Positions 18,826 through 27,540 of a stretch of DNA of 64,000 nucleotides are shown piece after piece (positions within the stretch are counted from its first letter, which is position 1; each line of letters opens with the position of its first letter). The notes beneath the pieces were generated by a model. It saw only the letters and a list, made by a program, of their open reading frames with translations. It was not told the DNA's origin and did no database searches. This DNA is from a virus. The stretch covers positions 73,747 to 137,746 of IMG/VR virus record IMGVR_UViG_3300023109_000007; one strand, written 5' to 3'. The translations under genes and the position numbers were made by a program.

Positions 18826-19583
18826 TGGGTAAATTAGATAAGTCACAATACACAAAAGAGCAATGGAAAAAAATTAAAGCAGAACGCAACGCTGCAAAAG
18901 CACGTTCACGAGCTGCTAAAGAAGTAGCAAAGAGAAATGCATTAATAGAAGCATGTGCTAAAAAGATTTCCAAAAGAATAAAAGATTCTAAATGTGCATT
19001 TGTATTAGGCAATGGCGCAAGTAGAAAAGAAATAGATTTACATCTATTAAAAAGTGCAGGATGTGTATACGGTTGTAATGCACTGTACAGAGAGTTCGAA
19101 CCTGATTATCTAGTTGCTGTCGATACTAAAATGATTATTGAATTGCATAAAGCAGGGTATCAAAGAACTCACGAAGTTTGGACCAACCCAAACAAAGCGT
19201 ATACTAATTATCACGGATTTAATTTTTTTCAACCTAGCAAAGGCTGGAGCAGTGGACCAACAGCATTATGGTTATCAAGTCAACATGACAACGAAGTAAT
19301 TTATATACTAGGCTTTGATTATAAAGGCCATGAAGACGGTAAACGCTTTAACAATATATACGCAGACACATTCAATTATAAAAAGAGTAACGATAGTGCA
19401 ACATATTTTGGAAATTGGATGCGTCAAACTACTACTGTTATTAAAGAAAATCCTAAAAAAAGATATATAAGAGTAATAGAAGAAGAAGGATTTATTCCGC
19501 AAGATTTAAAAATCCTTCCTAATTTAGAACACATTTTTGTCAAGGATTTATTAAAAATTCTTCAAGATCCTGATATTCTATAA
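18825..19583 (+). CDS. Maf/MptE/sialyltransferase-like (GT29/GT42-type fold) protein
   Basis: FVLGNGASR, YGCNALYR, PDYLVAVD, WSSGPTA, IYILGFD motif series. Confidence 0.6.
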   Translation: MGKLDKSQYTKEQWKKIKAERNAAKARSRAAKEVAKRNALIEACAKKISKRIKDSKCAFVLGNGASRKEIDLHLLKSAGCVYGCNALYREFEPDYLVAVDTKMIIELHKAGYQRTHEVWTNPNKAYTNYHGFNFFQPSKGWSSGPTALWLSSQHDNEVIYILGFDYKGHEDGKRFNNIYADTFNYKKSNDSATYFGNWMRQTTTVIKENPKKRYIRVIEEEGFIPQDLKILPNLEHIFVKDLLKILQDPDIL

Positions 19584-19683
19584 AAACGAGTCGTTTTGAG
19601 CCTATTTCTACGTACTTTTCTGTATAAAGAGTAAATATATTATGACAGCCCACGCCCTCGAGGCGTACATACATTTATAGGAG

Positions 19684-20670
19684 ATGAAAATGGCAGATCG
19701 CAGCAAATTTGAAGAAATGCTCGAGCGTCTTATCAATGAAGATAAGGATGGCGCAGAAGAGCTATTCCACGAGATTGTAGTAGAAAAATCACGTGATATA
19801 TACAACAACCTACTAGAAGATGAATCAGAAGTAGACGAGTCAGATGACGAAGTCGAAGAAGCTACTGATGAAGAAGTAGATGAGTCAGATGAAGATCTAG
19901 ACGAAGCATCAGACGAAGAAGTTGATGAGTCAGACGAAGAAGTCGAAGAAGGTTTTGACCTTGACGAGTTCGAAGTAGAAGCTGACCCAATGGACGCAAT
20001 GATGGGTGGTGACGCAGGCGACGACATGGAAATGGACATTGACATGGACGGCGGCGACGAAGAAGGCGACGACGAAGGTGATGAAGGCGATGTTGAAGAT
20101 CGTGTAGAAGACCTAGAAGATGCGCTAGATGACCTAAAAGCAGAATTTGAAAAAATGATGGCTGGTGACGACGAAGGCGACGACATGGATGACATGGGCG
20201 ACGACGAAGGCGAAGAAGAGCCAGAAGAAGCATTTGCATTTGAAGCAAGCGACGAAGAAGTCGACGAAGCTGCTGATGAAGAAGTAGAAGAAACAACTGA
20301 TGAAGAAGTAGACGAAGCAGAAGAAGAAACTGAAGAGTCAGAAAAATCAGCTGGTGAACAAATGCGCGAATACGTAGAAAAAGTAAGCGCAACAATGGGT
20401 GACAATGGTGTTAACAACAAGTCAGCACACGCAAGCCCAAATCACATGGGAGACGGTACCTCAGCTAACATTCTAAATGGCGGCGAAGATAACGGTGGCG
20501 GTGACCATGCTGGTCTAGCAGATATTAATGCTAAAGAAGATGACGCAGGCAACATTAACAAGCCAGGCGGAAAAGCATCTAAAGCAGGAAAATCACAGCC
20601 AGGCCACGGGGCTGAGAAAAAAGGTAAGCCCGAAGCAGCAGCTGATAAGAAATCATCTATCGGCAGCTAA
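19684..20670 (+). CDS. Highly acidic prohead core protein (gp67/gp68-like position)
   Basis: Asp/Glu-rich DEEVDE repeats; immediately upstream of the prohead protease; AGGAG SD. Confidence 0.7.
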   Translation: MKMADRSKFEEMLERLINEDKDGAEELFHEIVVEKSRDIYNNLLEDESEVDESDDEVEEATDEEVDESDEDLDEASDEEVDESDEEVEEGFDLDEFEVEADPMDAMMGGDAGDDMEMDIDMDGGDEEGDDEGDEGDVEDRVEDLEDALDDLKAEFEKMMAGDDEGDDMDDMGDDEGEEEPEEAFAFEASDEEVDEAADEEVEETTDEEVDEAEEETEESEKSAGEQMREYVEKVSATMGDNGVNNKSAHASPNHMGDGTSANILNGGEDNGGGDHAGLADINAKEDDAGNINKPGGKASKAGKSQPGHGAEKKGKPEAAADKKSSIGS

Positions 20671-20688
20671 TAGAGTAAGGAACTTAAA

Positions 20689-21312
20689 ATGATGAACTTA
20701 CGAGAGCATTTGACATTCGACGCAGCTAGAATGGTCGTTGAATCTGCTAATGAAGGGAAAGACCTTTATATGAAAGGTATTATGATACAGGGCGGTGTGC
20801 GTAATGCAAACCAACGTGTATATCCTGTAAATGAAATTGGCAGGGCTGTCAAAACCCTCAATGATCAAATAACGAACGGATTTAGTGTTCTTGGCGAAGT
20901 TGATCATCCAGAAGGCCTTAACATTAACCTAGACCGTGTTAGTCATATGATATCCGAAACTTGGATGGACGATGCAAACGGTTACGGTAAACTTAAAATT
21001 TTACCAACTCCAATGGGACAACTAGTAAAGACAATGCTTGAAAGCGGCGTCAAACTAGGTGTCTCATCTAGGGGCTCTGGTAACGTTTCTGAAGACGGCA
21101 GTAACACCGTTTCAGATTTTGAAATTATCACTGTGGACGTTGTGGCTCAGCCTAGCGCCCCTGGTGCATATCCTACACCAATTTACGAACATCTAATGAA
21201 TACACGTGGCGGATATCAGGCATATGAATTAGCGCAGGCAACTAAACACGACGACAAGGCACAAAAGTATCTAAAGGAATCACTGATCAATATGATCAGT
21301 AAACTCCAATAA
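20689..21312 (+). CDS. gp21: Prohead protease, T4 gp21-like
   Basis: NANQRVYP, LGEVDHP, LPTPMG, LGVSSRGSG, DVVAQPSAPGA. Confidence 0.95.
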   Translation: MMNLREHLTFDAARMVVESANEGKDLYMKGIMIQGGVRNANQRVYPVNEIGRAVKTLNDQITNGFSVLGEVDHPEGLNINLDRVSHMISETWMDDANGYGKLKILPTPMGQLVKTMLESGVKLGVSSRGSGNVSEDGSNTVSDFEIITVDVVAQPSAPGAYPTPIYEHLMNTRGGYQAYELAQATKHDDKAQKYLKESLINMISKLQ

Positions 21313-21326
21313 ATTAGGAGAACGTA

Positions 21327-22436
21327 ATGATAGATGCACTGAAACACCTCTTTGAAAACGATGTAGTTTCCCAAGAGATCAGGGCTCAAATCGAGGAAGC
21401 ATGGGAAGCAAAGATTCGCGAAAATAAATTAGCTGCTACAGCTGATTTACGTGAAGAATTTGCTCAGAAGTACGAACATGACAAATCTACAATGGTTGAA
21501 GCTATTGATAGTATGTTATCTGAAAAACTTGCTGAGGAAATTCAAGAATTTGCTGAAGATCGCAAACAACTCGCAGAAGCAAAAGCAAAATATGCTGTTG
21601 CAATGCGTGAAAATGCAGATCTTCTAAAAGATTTTGTTGTAGGTCAACTACAAGGCGAAATCAAAGAACTACATGCAGACAAAGCAGCAATGCAAGAAAA
21701 CTACGCAAAACTCGAAGAGTTCGTAGTCGAGTCCCTATCAAATGAAATTGCAGAATTTTATGAAGACAAAAAAGACTTAGCTGAAACAAAAGTACGTTTA
21801 GTACGTGAAGCTAAGACACACTTTGCTAAAGTCAAAAAGAACTTTATCGAAAGAAGTGCTACAGCAGTTTCTGAAATGGTTGGTAAATCACTTAAAGGTG
21901 AAATGGCAACTCTTAAAGAAGATATTGAAGCAGCACGTAGAAACGACTTTGGTCGTAAAATATTTGAAGCATTTGCAAACGAATATAGCATTTCACATTT
22001 AAATGAAAAAGGTGAAACTGCGAAGCTAATGAAAGTTGTTGAATTGAAAAATAAACAACTATCAGAAGCAAAAGCATTTGCTACAAAAGCTAAAACACTT
22101 GCAGAAAAAACAAGCAAAGAGAAATCACGCTTAGTTGAAGCTGCAAAGCGTGAAAAAATTATGAACGATTTGATTTCGCCACTAGGCAAAGATCAAAGAG
22201 AGATTATGACAGACTTACTGGAATCTGTACAAACTGATCGTTTACGTAAACAGTTTGACAAGTATCTACCATCGGTTATCGATAGTGGAAATGCTCCAGC
22301 GAAGCAGAAGGCAGTTCTAGCAGAAGGCAAAACAATAACAGGCAACCGTGACGATATGTCACAAACTAACGTTAGTAGAAAATCAGCAGACGATGGGAAT
22401 GTCTTAGACATCCGTCGATTGGCTGGCTTAAATTAA
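21327..22436 (+). CDS. gp22: Prohead scaffolding protein, T4 gp22-like
   Basis: Coiled-coil, Glu/Lys-rich; lies between protease and major capsid protein. Confidence 0.8.
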   Translation: MIDALKHLFENDVVSQEIRAQIEEAWEAKIRENKLAATADLREEFAQKYEHDKSTMVEAIDSMLSEKLAEEIQEFAEDRKQLAEAKAKYAVAMRENADLLKDFVVGQLQGEIKELHADKAAMQENYAKLEEFVVESLSNEIAEFYEDKKDLAETKVRLVREAKTHFAKVKKNFIERSATAVSEMVGKSLKGEMATLKEDIEAARRNDFGRKIFEAFANEYSISHLNEKGETAKLMKVVELKNKQLSEAKAFATKAKTLAEKTSKEKSRLVEAAKREKIMNDLISPLGKDQREIMTDLLESVQTDRLRKQFDKYLPSVIDSGNAPAKQKAVLAEGKTITGNRDDMSQTNVSRKSADDGNVLDIRRLAGLN

Positions 22437-22446
22437 GGAGATAATT

Positions 22447-23619
22447 ATGTCAGAACTACTAGAAAGTCGCTGGCAGGATACCAAAACAGCTTTACTTGAA
22501 GGCCTATCAGGCAATAAAAAAGCAGTAATGGCTTCCACGCTAGAAAACACTCGCAAGTATTTGAGTGAAAGTGCAACAGCTGGTGCTACTTCCGCCGGTA
22601 ACGTTGCTACTCTTAACAGAGTAATCCTACCAGTCATCAGACGTGTTATGCCAACAGTAATAGCAAATGAGCTAGTTGGTGTACAGCCTATGACAGGTCC
22701 AGTGGGTCAAATCCACACATTAAGAGTTCGTTATGCGGACACTTTCAACGCAGGTGCATCAGGTGCAACAGCAGGTGAAGAAGCTCTAAGCCCATTCAAA
22801 ATTGCTGAATCATATTCAGGTGCAACAGACGGCAAGGCTGCGGCAACAGCAGTACAGGAAGGACAAGCTGGAAACAGAATGTCAATCCAAATCTTGAAAC
22901 AAACTGTAGAAGCAAAAACACGCAAACTAAGCGCACGTTGGACCTTCGAAGCAGCTCAAGATGCACAGTCTATGCATGGCATTGACGTTGAAGCAGAAAT
23001 CATGGCAGCTCTTGCACAAGAGATTACTGCTGAGATTGACCAAGAAGTTATTGCTTCGCTACAAACACTAGCAGGCACAGCAGCTGAAACATACGACCAA
23101 GCAGCAGTATCAGGTACAGCTACTTTTGTTGGTGACGAACATGCAGCACTTGCAGTTCAAATCAACAGAGTGTCAAACTTGATTGCACAGCGTACACGCA
23201 GAGGCGCAGGTAACTATGCAGTGGTATCACCATTTGCACTAACTATCCTACAGTCTGCAACTACAAGTGCATTTGCACGTACAACTGAAGGCACATTTGA
23301 AGCACCAACTAACACTAAAATGGTTGGTACATTAAACAATGCAATGAAAGTATATGTAAACACATACTCAGCAGATAACGCTGATGTACTAATTGGTTAC
23401 AAGGGATCAAGTGAGTCAGACGCACCAGCGTTCTATTGCCCATATATCCCACTAATGTCAAGTGGTGTAGTACTAGACCCAGCATCATTCGAACCAGTCG
23501 TGAGCTTCATGACACGTTACGGATATGTTGAGCTAACTAACACAGCTTCGTCACTAGGTAACGCAGCTGACTACTTAGGTAAAGTTGCTATTACTAATGG
23601 TAACGTTAGCTTTAGCTAA
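22447..23619 (+). CDS. gp23: Major capsid protein, T4 gp23-like
   Basis: VIRRVMPTVIANELVGVQPMTGPVGQI, AKTRKLSARWTFEAAQD, EITAEID, AFYCPYIPL, FMTRYG. Confidence 0.97.
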   Translation: MSELLESRWQDTKTALLEGLSGNKKAVMASTLENTRKYLSESATAGATSAGNVATLNRVILPVIRRVMPTVIANELVGVQPMTGPVGQIHTLRVRYADTFNAGASGATAGEEALSPFKIAESYSGATDGKAAATAVQEGQAGNRMSIQILKQTVEAKTRKLSARWTFEAAQDAQSMHGIDVEAEIMAALAQEITAEIDQEVIASLQTLAGTAAETYDQAAVSGTATFVGDEHAALAVQINRVSNLIAQRTRRGAGNYAVVSPFALTILQSATTSAFARTTEGTFEAPTNTKMVGTLNNAMKVYVNTYSADNADVLIGYKGSSESDAPAFYCPYIPLMSSGVVLDPASFEPVVSFMTRYGYVELTNTASSLGNAADYLGKVAITNGNVSFS

Positions 23620-23636
23620 GTTTATATAGTAATCCT

Positions 23637-23665
23637 AAAATAGGCGCTACGGCGCCTATTTTTTT
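23637..23665 (+). terminator. Rho-independent terminator after the capsid gene
   Basis: AAAATAGGCGC-tacg-GCGCCTATTTT followed by further T residues. Confidence 0.9.
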
Positions 23666-23735
23666 GGCTACAAATCTAAGTATCACTAAATACCCTGATA
23701 CACATTCTTAAACTACCACAGAAAGGTAATACATT

Positions 23736-24743
23736 ATGAAACAGATATTGATTACATTATCTGCAATATTTTCTATTATTGCAGCATCTGCTTACGCAGA
23801 AACAACAACAACTCTTGAACAAAGAGTTGCTAACTTAGAAAAGTCAGCACCTTCACTTCCGGCAGGTGTGTTTATTAACGGTGAAATTGAATTATACATT
23901 GATCCTGATAGTACAACAAATAAAACGGAAACTAATGCAGAAATATTTATAGGTCTGCAAAATGAGATTGACCATCCTGTAATAAATTGGGCAGGAGCAA
24001 GCACACGCCTTGATTCAAAATATTCCTTAAACAGAACATTGGACAATACTATTGTTGAAAAACAATTAGGATTTGGAATTGCTGGTACAAGATTATATTT
24101 TGGCGAAACAGATGCTCAACGTTTAGGCTTTGCAAAAACATCTAAAATTGGCGCACCATTAGTTATTACAGAGTCAAGTAGTAGAATTGACCATAATGAA
24201 AAAATTGTACTTACATTTGGTGGATGGAAAAACAACAACGAGTTTGAGTTTGACGAATATAGATTACAGCGTGATACGCCATACGGCGGAGTTGTAGCAT
24301 ACGATCCAAATAATGAAGTAACATATGCAGGAGCAACAGTAAGTTTATTTGGACTAGCTGATGTTTCTTATATGCGTATTGACAAAAAAGATGCAGTACT
24401 ACAAGAAGGCTATTCAATTGGCACTCAAGTACTTCGTAGATACCGAATACCTGTAGGACTTGGAGTTGAAGTATGGGACGATGGCAACACTGGAACATTT
24501 ACTTCTGAAAGTAGAATTGATATGGGAATAATGTACAATGTCAATAAAGAATTCATGCTTACTGCACATAAAGTCAAAAATGACGATATTGGTACAGATG
24601 CAATGTACTACGGAGCATTATATACTGTAGGTAATATCCAAACTGGATTGTATTTGCACCAAGTAGATAGAACAAACACATGGACCGGTCAAAGAACTGA
24701 ATATGCCGATAGTATGAAAGCTACAATTAAATATTCTTTTTAA
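23736..24743 (+). CDS. Porin-like outer-membrane beta-barrel protein
   Basis: Signal peptide (MKQILITLSAIFSIIAASAYA), short coiled coil LEQRVANLEK, amphipathic beta strands, C-terminal ATIKYSF Bam signal. Confidence 0.7.
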   Translation: MKQILITLSAIFSIIAASAYAETTTTLEQRVANLEKSAPSLPAGVFINGEIELYIDPDSTTNKTETNAEIFIGLQNEIDHPVINWAGASTRLDSKYSLNRTLDNTIVEKQLGFGIAGTRLYFGETDAQRLGFAKTSKIGAPLVITESSSRIDHNEKIVLTFGGWKNNNEFEFDEYRLQRDTPYGGVVAYDPNNEVTYAGATVSLFGLADVSYMRIDKKDAVLQEGYSIGTQVLRRYRIPVGLGVEVWDDGNTGTFTSESRIDMGIMYNVNKEFMLTAHKVKNDDIGTDAMYYGALYTVGNIQTGLYLHQVDRTNTWTGQRTEYADSMKATIKYSF

Positions 24744-24752
24744 AAAAAAAGG

Positions 24753-24780
24753 TTGACATCTTATATATAGATGCTATTAT
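24753..24780 (+). promoter_or_regulatory. Sigma70-type promoter with no downstream ORF
   Basis: TTGACA (24753-24758), 16-bp spacer, extended -10 TGcTATTAT (24772-24780). Confidence 0.7.
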
Positions 24781-24786
24781 GTATAT

Positions 24787-25033
24787 ATAAGCTAAACGAC
24801 GGTTTAGATTAGATAGTGCAAGGAACGGTGTTGCGTAGTGACACAACTTGGCTAGTAGCTGTAGTGGCAACATATGAGTGTAGAGATACAAAGATATGTT
24901 TTTGGAAGTAACTATCCGATGCTAGGCTCCTCCGAACATGGCGAGAGCTACTAGGAGGTTGTTGGTATTCTCAGAGTCCAACCTATCACTTTATTATTAA
25001 AAGGTCTACCCACTAATGCGGTAGGCCTTTTTT
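24787..25033 (+). ncRNA. Putative structured small RNA (about 240 nt)
   Basis: Bounded by a promoter and a terminator; nested stems including CTAGTAGCT/AGCTACTAG, AACATAT/ATATGTT, a GAGA tetraloop hairpin and GATAG/CTATC. Confidence 0.6.
24999..25033 (+). terminator. Rho-independent terminator
   Basis: AAAAGGTCTACC-cactaatgc-GGTAGGCCTTTT followed by a T tract. Confidence 0.85.
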
Positions 25034-25051
25034 CTTTTCTCTTAGACCTTT

Positions 25052-25155
25052 GATAAATACTATTGTCAAATAGTGTGCCGCAAGGCGGACTTATGCTGTA
25101 CCCACAGCGTAGCTCATAGAACGGGCATAGGACTACTTTTTATAGGAGAAAAAAA
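25052..25155 (+). promoter_or_regulatory. Late promoter variant (GATAAATA) and structured 5' leader
   Basis: GATAAATA at 25052-25059, then three hairpins (CCGC-aag-GCGG; TATGCTGT-accc-ACAGCGTA; GCTC..GGGC) before the AGGAG SD. Confidence 0.55.
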
Positions 25156-25560
25156 ATGGGAAGACCAATTAATAAAAGATTTTTCGGAGAGCCAACAGCA
25201 GCTGGTTCTGAAATCAAAGTACGTTTTCGTGCTACAGGACAAGCAGAAGCAAACGGCTGGATTGTAAAGCAATTAGGATCTAAGAAGTTCCGTTGCTACG
25301 ATGGTACTAACACAATGGATTGTACAATCGTTGACAAATCACAAGGTACGTTAGCAGTAGGCGAAATGACGATTACAGTTAAAGACGATGGCGGCACAGC
25401 ACGTCAAGTAACTAAAATTGCAGGACGCAAAGTAACACTTGACTCAGGCGCAAGTATTGCTTGGAACTTCAGTAATGCTACAGATGATGCAGCAGTTGAA
25501 ATGGAAGAAGCTGGTACAGCTGATGACTTCACTGGCGCAGACGATTTCGAAGCTGACTAA
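25156..25560 (+). CDS. Hypothetical late (virion?) protein
   Basis: Strong SD and late promoter; beta-rich with an acidic tail; followed by a hairpin at 25569-25589. Confidence 0.75.
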   Translation: MGRPINKRFFGEPTAAGSEIKVRFRATGQAEANGWIVKQLGSKKFRCYDGTNTMDCTIVDKSQGTLAVGEMTITVKDDGGTARQVTKIAGRKVTLDSGASIAWNFSNATDDAAVEMEEAGTADDFTGADDFEAD

Positions 25561-25609
25561 AAATAAATTAGGGGGATTTATTCCCCCTACACTTAGCTAG
25601 GATTACATA

Positions 25610-26611
25610 ATGTCAAGATTTCTTAAAGTACCAAACGGTGATTACAAAATACAAGTACAAGATCAAGGATCTATTGTATTAGATACAGGCTTTCAAACAG
25701 GCCAAGTTCGCATCACTGGAGATCTTGTAGTTGAAGGTGACACAACAACTGTACAGTCTGAGAACATGAGTGTTAGAGATAACATAATTGTTATTAATGA
25801 CGGAGAAGCAGGTGTAGGTGTTACATTAAATGAAGCAGGATTAAGAATTGATCGAGGTAGTTTAGTTGATGCATTTATGGTGTTTGACGAAGACTTAACA
25901 TGGACTGATCCAGTAACAGATAGTTTAAGAGAAGGTGCGTTTGTTTTCAAAGATGTAAACGGCGGAGCAGTTGGCTTACGATGTAATAGTATATCAACAG
26001 GCGGCGGCGACTTATACTTAATTAATTCAAGTACTGGTGTTGTTAGTGTATCAGGTACAAACAACTATGAAAATAATGTTACTGACGATGACCACCTTCC
26101 TAATAAGAAATATGTAGATGATGAAATTATTAATGCGTTTGCTACAGTATTCCAAGCAAGAATTGGTGAAGGGTCTGTACTTCCTTCGTTTGTTGAAGTT
26201 GAAGATAACGAAGACACAACACTTCCAAGTGTTGTAAAGATTGGACTAGACGATGTTGTTGTAGCAGAGTTCTACCGCAACAGAATAGAATTAAACGATT
26301 TAAGAATCGAAGGAACAAAACTAGAAACAGTTAACTCTAATGAAGACTTAGTACTTTCTACACCAGGATCAGGCGTAGTACGAGTACAAGACGTACTAGA
26401 GATATCGTCAACACCTAGTATTGACGATCCAGATCAAAACTTATTACAAGCAGGTGTACAATACGAACCTGGCTTTCCGAGTAATGGTATTAGACTATAT
26501 GTAAAAGAAAGAGAATTTGGCGGCAGCGGAGTTTTCTTCAAACATCAGGATCTAACTAGAGACGAATTAATAAGTAAGAATAGATCAATAGTTTATAGTA
26601 TGATATTTTAA
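25610..26611 (+). CDS. Virion structural protein (tail/fibre-associated)
   Basis: ITGDLVVEGDTTTV..V.DNII.IN, GLRIDRGS and NKKYVD motifs, common in phage fibre proteins. Confidence 0.7.
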   Translation: MSRFLKVPNGDYKIQVQDQGSIVLDTGFQTGQVRITGDLVVEGDTTTVQSENMSVRDNIIVINDGEAGVGVTLNEAGLRIDRGSLVDAFMVFDEDLTWTDPVTDSLREGAFVFKDVNGGAVGLRCNSISTGGGDLYLINSSTGVVSVSGTNNYENNVTDDDHLPNKKYVDDEIINAFATVFQARIGEGSVLPSFVEVEDNEDTTLPSVVKIGLDDVVVAEFYRNRIELNDLRIEGTKLETVNSNEDLVLSTPGSGVVRVQDVLEISSTPSIDDPDQNLLQAGVQYEPGFPSNGIRLYVKEREFGGSGVFFKHQDLTRDELISKNRSIVYSMIF

Positions 26612-26621
26612 AGGATAAAAG

Positions 26622-26999
26622 ATGGCAATTAGCAGTGTAGCAGTAGCAAATACAGATACAGATTTAATACTTGTACCAGATCCGGTTGCAGGATGGGATC
26701 CTGCAACATCACCTGAACCTACAATAAGGTATGCAGTTACAACTATTATGGTTTGTAATACTTGGGTACCTAATCCAGTTCATGAAGAAGATGGTATAAC
26801 AAATTTTGATTTGCATCTTGTTAAAAGAGATGAACCAAAGAGTGACACAAATAAGATTATAAATGCTTTACAATTACCTGCAGGTGAAACATTTACTTTT
26901 GATTCAGAAAAAATAATTCTAGAATCAGGTGATAAAGTAGTTATAGTAGGTGAATCACCTACTAATCTAAGTGCAACGGTAAGTTACTTAGAGGTATAA
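26622..26999 (+). CDS. Small beta-sandwich virion protein (paralogue of 35244 and 50098)
   Basis: AVTTIMVCN...LPAGETFTF..EKIILE.GD...ATVSYLEV pattern. Confidence 0.7.
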   Translation: MAISSVAVANTDTDLILVPDPVAGWDPATSPEPTIRYAVTTIMVCNTWVPNPVHEEDGITNFDLHLVKRDEPKSDTNKIINALQLPAGETFTFDSEKIILESGDKVVIVGESPTNLSATVSYLEV

Positions 27000-27000
27000 A

Positions 27001-27510
27001 ATGAGATTAATTAAAGCACAAAGCACAAATTTAAGAAGTATTCGAGGCAAAGGCGTTAGATACGATATAAATGACCAAGTTATTATGGATTCAAAGACTG
27101 GTATGCTTGTGCCTAAAGGGCCTGAAAGAGATAGACCTTTTTATCCTGAAAATGGATTTGTTAGATATAATACTAACGACGAACAATTAGAAGCATATCA
27201 AAACGGTGCTTGGAGAGAAATACGCTTCAAAGAACCTAATCAAGATCCTGGTATTGTACAGCAGTCATTAGGTGTCGGCGACGAAGTTGAAACAGACTTT
27301 GGACCATTAAACAGTGCTGATGCAGACTTTCCTGTGCCAGCTGCTGCACAAAATGTCTTAGTATTTGTTGAAAATGTATTCCAAATTTCAACAACAAACT
27401 ATATACTGGTTCAAAATCCAGCAGGAAAAACACCAGGATGGTATATTAGGTTTAGCACAGCAGTTCCATTCGGAAAACCAGTTACTGTACTACATAACTT
27501 TGACAAGTAA
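27001..27510 (+). CDS. Virion structural protein
   Basis: VPKG...RP...GFVRYNT...LEAY..GAW motif, shared with neighbouring fibre proteins. Confidence 0.7.
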   Translation: MRLIKAQSTNLRSIRGKGVRYDINDQVIMDSKTGMLVPKGPERDRPFYPENGFVRYNTNDEQLEAYQNGAWREIRFKEPNQDPGIVQQSLGVGDEVETDFGPLNSADADFPVPAAAQNVLVFVENVFQISTTNYILVQNPAGKTPGWYIRFSTAVPFGKPVTVLHNFDK

Positions 27511-27514
27511 AACC

Positions 27515-27522
27515 TATAAATA
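27515..27522 (+). promoter_or_regulatory. Late promoter TATAAATA
   Basis: Exact consensus upstream of the AGGAG SD and the 27541 ATG. Confidence 0.75.
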
Positions 27523-27540
27523 CATTGTATAGGAGTTAAT

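Noticed and set aside
19608-20420. Long antisense ORFs (270 aa and 177 aa) and the repeated GAAGAAGTAGACGAA units
   Set aside because: Mirror of the low-complexity acidic core gene; the repeats are coding, not CRISPR or guide arrays.
24787-25033. tRNA, cobalamin riboswitch or hammerhead ribozyme
   Set aside because: No TTCGA T-loop or CCA end, no B12 box, no CUGAUGA/GAAA core, and the terminator is not followed by a gene it would clearly control.
25073-25267. 64-aa ORF overlapping the 25156 gene
   Set aside because: GTG start without SD, out of frame with a well-supported gene; the region is better explained as a structured leader.
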